Virus record (IMG/VR): IMGVR_UViG_3300021399_000003
Coordinates: 64,001-128,000 of that record
DNA length: 64,000 nucleotides
Source: a virus
Lineage: Duplodnaviria; Caudoviricetes
Reading direction: 5' to 3' (one strand)
Part shown: piece by piece, positions 57,536 to 64,000 of the stretch
How the letters are laid out: the number at the start of each line of letters is the position of its first letter
How positions within the stretch are numbered: position 1 is the first letter of the stretch
Notes under the pieces: model-generated
Seen by the model: only the letters and a program-made list of their open reading frames with translations
Database searches by the model: none
Told to the model about the DNA's origin: nothing
Made by a program: the position numbers and the translations under genes

Positions 57536-58357
57536 TCAAATATTGACTAACTCATTTATATACTCTGGATGTTCTTGGAAAGAAGGAATATGCGTTGCTA
57601 CTTCCCAACGTTTACGCGCGACCTTAATAGGCTCTTTACCGGGAATTAAACAAGTTTCTGTGCAATCATATTTTCGCACACAAACACCTTTACGGTAGAA
57701 AGAAGGAATAAGATTCCAATCAACCTTATGCTGTTCTTGCATCATTTGCTTGCGTTCTTCTGTTGATTTACCTTCAAGCTCTTTATCAGAAAATAATGTG
57801 CGCGCGACCATACTTACAGCGTTACGTTCGCAATCTTTCTGCCGCCAAAGGAACGCATTATTTACTTCATCTTTAGGAAGAACAAAAGCGCGGCAATCAA
57901 AAACTGCTAATTTATTTTCCTGCGCCTTATAATGAGCTTCAATCCATTCAGGAATAATATAATCATTTTCCTCACAATTTTCAATATAGTCTTTAATGGC
58001 AAAGTCATGCGCTTTATAAAAGAACACAGAGGCCATACTTGCTGCAACACTACACATTTTCTGCAAATTCTTACCAAACCACGGCTCCGTTTCAAGTGTG
58101 TCGTAGTCTGTCAGAAGAATAGAGATTTCATCACTTTGAACGTAAGCCATCTTCGCGCCAGAAATATTCTGACACAGTTGCTTTGCTGTGTCCCATATAG
58201 CTTCCATAAATACGCGGTCAAAAGGTTTATTAAAACCCTTTGTATAACTATGAAAAGCCTTACCATCCAGCCGCAGAATACAAGGCATCCTCCTTGGAAG
58301 ATAAAAACGATTTACATTCTCATATGCCTTGAAGCGGTCGCCCATTTTATCAATCAT
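57536..58357 (-). CDS. tRNA(His) guanylyltransferase Thg1-like protein
   Basis: RLDGKAFHSYT, YVQSDEIS, FDCRAF, WRQ.D..RN. Confidence 0.92.
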   Translation of the reverse strand: MIDKMGDRFKAYENVNRFYLPRRMPCILRLDGKAFHSYTKGFNKPFDRVFMEAIWDTAKQLCQNISGAKMAYVQSDEISILLTDYDTLETEPWFGKNLQKMCSVAASMASVFFYKAHDFAIKDYIENCEENDYIIPEWIEAHYKAQENKLAVFDCRAFVLPKDEVNNAFLWRQKDCERNAVSMVARTLFSDKELEGKSTEERKQMMQEQHKVDWNLIPSFYRKGVCVRKYDCTETCLIPGKEPIKVARKRWEVATHIPSFQEHPEYINELVNI

Positions 58358-58372
58358 AATTAATTTCCTTTC

Positions 58373-59143
58373 TTAAAAATCACTATCAGTGCTATAACTA
58401 TCATGATAACCAGAATAGTCAATTGCTACATAATGGCCTTCTACATCACCAAAATTAGCAAAATGCAAATCATTGATATTCTCTTCATACATAAACTCAG
58501 TGACACGCGAATATTCCTCTTCTCCATATTCGCGAATAAAATCAATTGCTACGCACAAATTGCTATCACGCATAGGAGAAGCGATGCGCTGCGCCTTCTG
58601 AATATACTCATTTTCATTAGTAGTACCAGAAGGCAGATGAGGTTTGGCTTTAGGATAACCATACAAAGGAATACTGATAGTTATAGAATGTATATCTCCA
58701 AACGATTCCTCGTTAGCCAAGAAATCTCGCTCAAAATCCTCCCAATTATATCCAAACCAATCAATATTACGCTCTATTTTATCATAATCATAGAACTGAA
58801 TGGTTTTGACATAAGTGCCCAAGAACTTTGCTTCTGCAAAGTACTGGTTCAAATTATATTCTTTCGCGCGCGAATAAATACTAATTTCGCGCTCACAGCA
58901 GGAGCCCATATTATCAGGTTCTACATCAAATTTGCAGACGTAATCATAATCGTCGTCTACAATACAACCACGAGTCGCGCCAAAACGTATCTTGAGATTA
59001 TCAGGCATAGCCTCATCATCTATAGAGCCGTAAAAATTTTCTCCACCACAGGGCTGCTGAAAATAAGTGCAGAAAAACAGAGAATGAGCAAGCATATTGT
59101 CCAGAATAGAAGAGAAGTGCGCGAAAACCTCGTTTTTATTCAT
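58373..59143 (-). CDS. protein-kinase-like fold protein
   Basis: GATR, VCKF, E, DLHFANFG, IDYS. Confidence 0.55.
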   Translation of the reverse strand: MNKNEVFAHFSSILDNMLAHSLFFCTYFQQPCGGENFYGSIDDEAMPDNLKIRFGATRGCIVDDDYDYVCKFDVEPDNMGSCCEREISIYSRAKEYNLNQYFAEAKFLGTYVKTIQFYDYDKIERNIDWFGYNWEDFERDFLANEESFGDIHSITISIPLYGYPKAKPHLPSGTTNENEYIQKAQRIASPMRDSNLCVAIDFIREYGEEEYSRVTEFMYEENINDLHFANFGDVEGHYVAIDYSGYHDSYSTDSDF

Positions 59144-61026
59144 AGAATGAATATCTCCTTTTCACTTTCTATAATAATTATATCATAGAATTTAGAAAAA
59201 GTCAAATATTTTTTATTAGTATAAATCTTCACTGAACAATTGGGTTGGCTCTTTCCATTTTGGAATTTGATTTGCTATTTGCGCCCGTTTAAAGGCTTCC
59301 ACGCGCGAAACAAATTCTTCTTTTTGTTCTAATTCATTCCAATCAATGAAGCCTTGTTCTACACTTGCTTTATCATAATCCACATGTAGAAGTTTCATTG
59401 TTTCAAAGAAATCGCAGTGGCGATGACATTTTATTACAACGACCTCATTATTATTTATTATTGCCCGACATGCGGCAGAAGTAATCATTCTTCATTGCTC
59501 CTTATTCCTTGTTGTGGAATGCTATTTTGTGCGTCTAAAAGCATTCGTAATGTCGCTTCATCACTTGCCTGTATAGCCTTTTCTAAGCCATATATATCTG
59601 GATTTGTCATGAAATCTCTAATGTAAGATGGCGGTTGACCATTTATTGTATTAAATACTGGAATAGATAAACTGGTACCAGTTAATTCATCGTACCATAC
59701 TGCTAATTCTACTCCGCAGCAAGGACATCGTGCTAATCCATAACCTGTCATAGTGACTTACCTCATAAATCTTCGTCATCATAAAAATCATGGCATATAA
59801 TATTATTTAGTGCTGTAGTATTCACATAATATTGAGGATAAGGGTCGGCCGTAGTATCGCGTAAATATTTTTTCCACCATTCTTTATCGTTTATTGTAAC
59901 ATCAGTAGTAGCGAAACCGGTTCGTCGCACATCATTACAATAAGGACATTCACTAATGTGTGGTGCGAAACTCCTACCACATTTTCCGCAAACCCAACCA
60001 CTGTTTCCTATTATGCCATTATAATCAGGATTATACATAACTATCACCTCAAAATGGCATCAGTAAGATGCCATAATCAATCATTATTGCCGCGAAAGCG
60101 GTACTTAAAAGGCTCCAAAATAATCGGTCTTGGATAAGAAAATAGAAGGTGCTAAATAAGGCTCCGGCCGCAAAGCCCCAAGCAATTAAATCAAGAATCA
60201 CTTTTCACTTCTCCTTCATAGTTTTTATCATATTCTAATATATTTTGATGTTTACAAATTGGACAGTATACTAAATTGGCGCCATAAATATCGCTCTTTT
60301 GTATATTAGATAAAACAGCACCACAACCCTGACATACAATTATTATGCCAGGGTATTTTTGAGATAAAACTTCCATATTACACGCGACCTCCCGGCCATG
60401 TGCCATCATGTGTAGATTCATAAATTATAAAGAATATGATAAATAATATTACCAAAAAGCTAATACTCATCTTCTATATCATCCTCATTACAAAAACTAT
60501 TTTCATTGACATAAACGTAATAAGGTGTTTCATCGTCATAAGTCCGATAATAAGACATTCGCCGGCACCATCCTGTCTCTAAGGAAGGATTTTTCTGCCA
60601 GTAATGCTTCTCAAACATAGGGCAGTCGCGGCAAAACCGTATATTGATGGGAGTAAATTTCTTTTGAATAACTCTCCTATCACGTATGTCAAGAACAGAA
60701 TTTAAATCTGTTTCACTATAATAGTTCATTATTTTATTTCTCCAATTTTATCCTCATTACAGAAATCTGTGTCATCTACACGAACATAGTAAGGTACATA
60801 TTCATCTGAAAAACGAAGACATCTACCGTGAATAATACCGGGGTCAGGTTGAATACCATTTATATCAAATAAAGGGCAATCGCGGCAGAAACGTACATCA
60901 ATACTTGCGGAAACCGTTTTATCTTCTGTAATAGAAGGTTCGGTTTCATCTATAATATCTAAAATCTTATTTAAACGAGTATCTTTAAGATACTGTTCTA
61001 GAATTTCGCGGCTGTAATATCTCATA

Positions 61027-61911
61027 CTAATGCGCGGCTTCATCATATTGATGAAGTTCCACTACCTCCTTCCAAAGTTTTTCACCCATACGAGAACGCC
61101 AAGTATCCTGACACTTCTGGTCAGTATAGGGTATCATATGGTATGCTACAAGTTGTGCTACGTGAGCATTATACCCCATAGTAAGAGCCATATAACAAGA
61201 TACATTTGCATGATTAGGATAATGAAGTTCCCTGTAATCATCTTTTCCCCATCTGGTAGCAGTCCAAACCTTGCCATAATCATGAATATAGGCTGCGCGC
61301 ACAATATTGGCATTGGATAGCCCCAACAGCGCTATGTCTCCGCAAGCATGGCAATGCTCCTGTAGTGTAAGAGAATGATGGCTATTGCCCTGTTCTCCAT
61401 ATTCTTTTACAAGATGAGCATAAGAACGACGATAATAATCCCTATCATATTCTGGCGCGTAATCATACCGGATAAGAACCTTATTCCATCCTTCGCCTTC
61501 GCACGGCATCTCAAATTGCCGCAGCATGCGGTCAATAACATACGAAGGGACTACTCGTTCACGAGCACCATTGCGCTCATGGCATACATCAATAGGAGTA
61601 GCCATGACTACACAATAATAATGAATATCAGGGAACATCTTCTTCAAAGACTTCACGAGATTCATACGACGACGAGAAGAGAGATTAGTAGCATCATAGA
61701 AAACAGTATGATTAGTTTCTAACGCAGCGCTAGTGCGCTGGAACATAATGTTAAAAATGCGAGCGTTGTCTTCTTGGACCGAAGCATCTCCATATAATTC
61801 TTCTCTAATAGAGTCACTAGATACAATTACATCATAGGGCTTTGCCTTTTTGCGTGCCCAATAACTTTTCCCACTGCCAGGAAGACCACAAAGCATGTAA
61901 AAAATAGTCAT
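61027..61911 (-). CDS. polynucleotide kinase (AAA_33) + HD domain
   Basis: GLPGSGKS, SSDSIR, DATNL, RN..RER, HDYGK. Confidence 0.85.
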   Translation of the reverse strand: MTIFYMLCGLPGSGKSYWARKKAKPYDVIVSSDSIREELYGDASVQEDNARIFNIMFQRTSAALETNHTVFYDATNLSSRRRMNLVKSLKKMFPDIHYYCVVMATPIDVCHERNGARERVVPSYVIDRMLRQFEMPCEGEGWNKVLIRYDYAPEYDRDYYRRSYAHLVKEYGEQGNSHHSLTLQEHCHACGDIALLGLSNANIVRAAYIHDYGKVWTATRWGKDDYRELHYPNHANVSCYMALTMGYNAHVAQLVAYHMIPYTDQKCQDTWRSRMGEKLWKEVVELHQYDEAAH

Positions 61912-61959
61912 TTAATCTCCCCTTTCTATAATTAATTATATAATAATTTTTATAAAAAG

Positions 61960-62910
61960 TCAAGTAACTAAAAATGTATCATTCATTATATTATCAATTG
62001 TGATATTATCTAATTCCCAATATGGAATACGTTTTAATGGTATATTATTTTCTTTGCACCATTGATTTTTATATTTATCTCTTTCTTGAGTTATTTTAAA
62101 ACTTTCTTCGTTATTCCATCCAGAAGTTGATTTAAAATGCTGTATACCATCAAATTCTAATAAAAAATTATTATCAATATAAAAATCAAATCTTGATAAG
62201 TTCGTTTTAGAATTAAAATAGCATGAAGAAAAAGTTTTTTGTTCTTCAAAAAATACATTATTTTCTTTTAATATTTGTTTTATTTTAGCTTCTCCAATAG
62301 AATGCAAACAACCGCAACTTTTTGTTTTTCCTGTTGTTAAATAATGTCCTTGTACTTCTTTATAATTACCACACTCGCATTTACAAAGAAAAATTGCTCT
62401 TGAATCTTCTATTTTTAGAAACTTTTTAACATATAATTTTCCAAAGGTTTGTCCAGTTAAATCATTATATGTTCTTTGTCTTGCTAAGTTATCATTACAT
62501 TTCTTACACCTATGTATTTTATTTTGTTTAATTATTTCACCAGTTGTGGAAAATATCTCACCACAATCACATCGACATTTAAAGGCCGTTTTATACACTG
62601 CATATGTTTTATTTTTATAAAAATCTTTATCTACTTCAATTACTGTGAAATTATTTATATGCTTTCCCAATAATTCTTCTATTAACTCTTTTGATTGTAA
62701 TTCCTTTTTATAACATCCACAAGATTGTGATTTACCATTCCGTAAATTGTCTCCACATACGGATTTAATTTTTCCACACTTACATTCACATATCCAATAT
62801 GGTTTTGGTACTTTTATATTATGTTCTTTACAATAATCAAAATCTTGTTTTATAACGGTCCAATATCCAAATTGTTTTCCTGTTAAATCAATAAAATTAT
62901 GTGCTATCAT
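61960..62910 (-). CDS. putative homing endonuclease (paralog of 23180-23965)
   Basis: DLTG.FG/CxC.CG/SCGC repeats, FDF, LEFDGIQH, RIPYW. Confidence 0.7.
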   Translation of the reverse strand: MIAHNFIDLTGKQFGYWTVIKQDFDYCKEHNIKVPKPYWICECKCGKIKSVCGDNLRNGKSQSCGCYKKELQSKELIEELLGKHINNFTVIEVDKDFYKNKTYAVYKTAFKCRCDCGEIFSTTGEIIKQNKIHRCKKCNDNLARQRTYNDLTGQTFGKLYVKKFLKIEDSRAIFLCKCECGNYKEVQGHYLTTGKTKSCGCLHSIGEAKIKQILKENNVFFEEQKTFSSCYFNSKTNLSRFDFYIDNNFLLEFDGIQHFKSTSGWNNEESFKITQERDKYKNQWCKENNIPLKRIPYWELDNITIDNIMNDTFLVT

Positions 62911-62916
62911 TATTAT

Positions 62917-63114
62917 TCACTTCAATATAGACGAAAGTTCATTCGCCATTATTTTTAGAGTGGAGTAAAGCAATTCTTCATTTTTATGAGTAATACCTTT
63001 TTGACCATTGAGCCATTTAGTTAAAGTGGGAGCACTTACTTTCATTCTTTTTGCTACATAAGCAATAGATACTCCATGGTCAGAAAAATACTGTAATTGT
63101 TCTTTTACTGTCAT
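62917..63114 (-). CDS. XRE-type HTH protein
   Basis: VAKRMKVSAPTLTKWLNG. Confidence 0.7.
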   Translation of the reverse strand: MTVKEQLQYFSDHGVSIAYVAKRMKVSAPTLTKWLNGQKGITHKNEELLYSTLKIMANELSSILK

Positions 63115-63206
63115 ACTTTATTCCCTCCATATGACTAGTATTGACAAGATAATAAAACTGGTATAATTTATTCCAGAAAAAATAACTTTGTAGAGAATCT
63201 ACAAAG

Positions 63207-63596
63207 TCATTTATCTCCACATGCTCCTTTCTGTATGAAGTACGCATTCTGCTTAAAAATCTTGTGCTTGGATTTCGGGACATCGCCGATAAACCACAGA
63301 GAGCGAGTATCTCTTACAGTTCCATCTTTAAATTGTATTACATAATAACGACCGCTCATTCCTCGCGGCATATCATCATTACTTCCAATCTGATAAAGTT
63401 TACCGTTGGCAACAAAATATTCATGCTGTCCCGGCGCTATATATCTAGCCGCAAGCAAATCCCAATGATACTTATCGCGGCACTCATCACTAAAACAAGT
63501 AAAAGTGTTAGGAGCAACACAATAATAGGGTTCATGCTCCTTAATCTCGCGGCCACAAACGCAACAAAACTTACTCACTGTATAGCATCCTCCCAA
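63207..63596 (-). CDS. hypothetical protein with N-terminal CxxC
   Basis: CCVCG, F.DG......LW. Confidence 0.55.
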   Translation of the reverse strand: MGGCYTVSKFCCVCGREIKEHEPYYCVAPNTFTCFSDECRDKYHWDLLAARYIAPGQHEYFVANGKLYQIGSNDDMPRGMSGRYYVIQFKDGTVRDTRSLWFIGDVPKSKHKIFKQNAYFIQKGACGDK

Positions 63597-63865
63597 GAAA
63601 CATTCATAATACGACTATCAGGGTCATAATATTTTTTACCGTTCTTCTCATTAGGCATAAACTTTACATTATATCCAAGAGAAGTAAGATAGTCAAAAAG
63701 TCCATCTTGAATCGCAGGAGAATCAACTTGAAAGTTGCATTCAAATTGGCCCGCAGAAACACTTGCTATAATACGAGCATCTATCATGTTAATCATGCGT
63801 AGGCGCTTGGCTTCAATAGCCTCAATCGTCTTTGCGCGTGCGGTAGTCGCCTTCATGATTTCCAT
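63575..63865 (-). CDS. hypothetical protein
   Basis: ORF with promoter and RBS. Confidence 0.6.
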   Translation of the reverse strand: MEIMKATTARAKTIEAIEAKRLRMINMIDARIIASVSAGQFECNFQVDSPAIQDGLFDYLTSLGYNVKFMPNEKNGKKYYDPDSRIMNVSWEDAIQ

Positions 63866-64000
63866 AAGAAATTATCCCCTCTCTCTTTACTATAATAATT
63901 ATAGCAGAAATTAGGGATTTTGTCAAATATTATTCTTCATAAATTAACAAGAAATGTGTGTAATGGCCTGTGCCTGTATACTTAATATCTATTAGTTGTT

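Noticed and set aside
58403-59188. 261-aa plus-strand ORF and other plus-strand ORFs
   Set aside because: Antisense shadows of well-supported minus-strand genes, with no RBS or motifs
1-64000. Genome-wide TAG reassignment (code 15)
   Set aside because: Long genes are uninterrupted in code 11 and several ORFs end credibly at TAG; only one internal TAG case was found

Overview
64 kb of a large AT-rich tailed-phage genome, probably infecting a gut/rumen Firmicute (inferred from sigmaA-type promoters, Gram-positive lysins and gene content). Nearly everything is on the minus strand in standard genetic code. Left end: PIN-PhoH, ClpP, DNA ligase, dNMP kinase, RNase H, holin. About 8.2-28.1 kb: a tRNA/ncRNA island (~16 tRNA or tRNA-like genes) with homing endonucleases and RNA-repair genes (Rnl2-type RNA ligase, cyclic-phosphate-processing receiver domain, Ro60/TROVE-like DUF2828). 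About 28-49.8 kb: tail-fibre and cell-wall hydrolase module. About 50-64 kb: small accessory genes including Thg1, a nucleotidyltransferase and PNK-HD. Main observation: three tRNA genes (Lys-UUU, Leu-UAA, Ile-UAU) are each interrupted inside the anticodon by a second, ACCA-terminated tRNA-like element (70, 47, 77 nt). Removing it exactly restores a canonical 7-nt anticodon loop. This suggests 'tRNA-in-tRNA' introns excised by tRNA-processing nucleases and sealed by the phage RNA ligase. The island also carries a six-member Y-RNA-like family (one a circularly permuted tRNA), a 23S rRNA GTPase-centre mimic, a covarying anti-SD leader shared by two unrelated homing endonucleases, and a 584-nt ROOL-sized RNA. 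All protein calls are by motif recognition; no database searches were run, so novelty is unverified.
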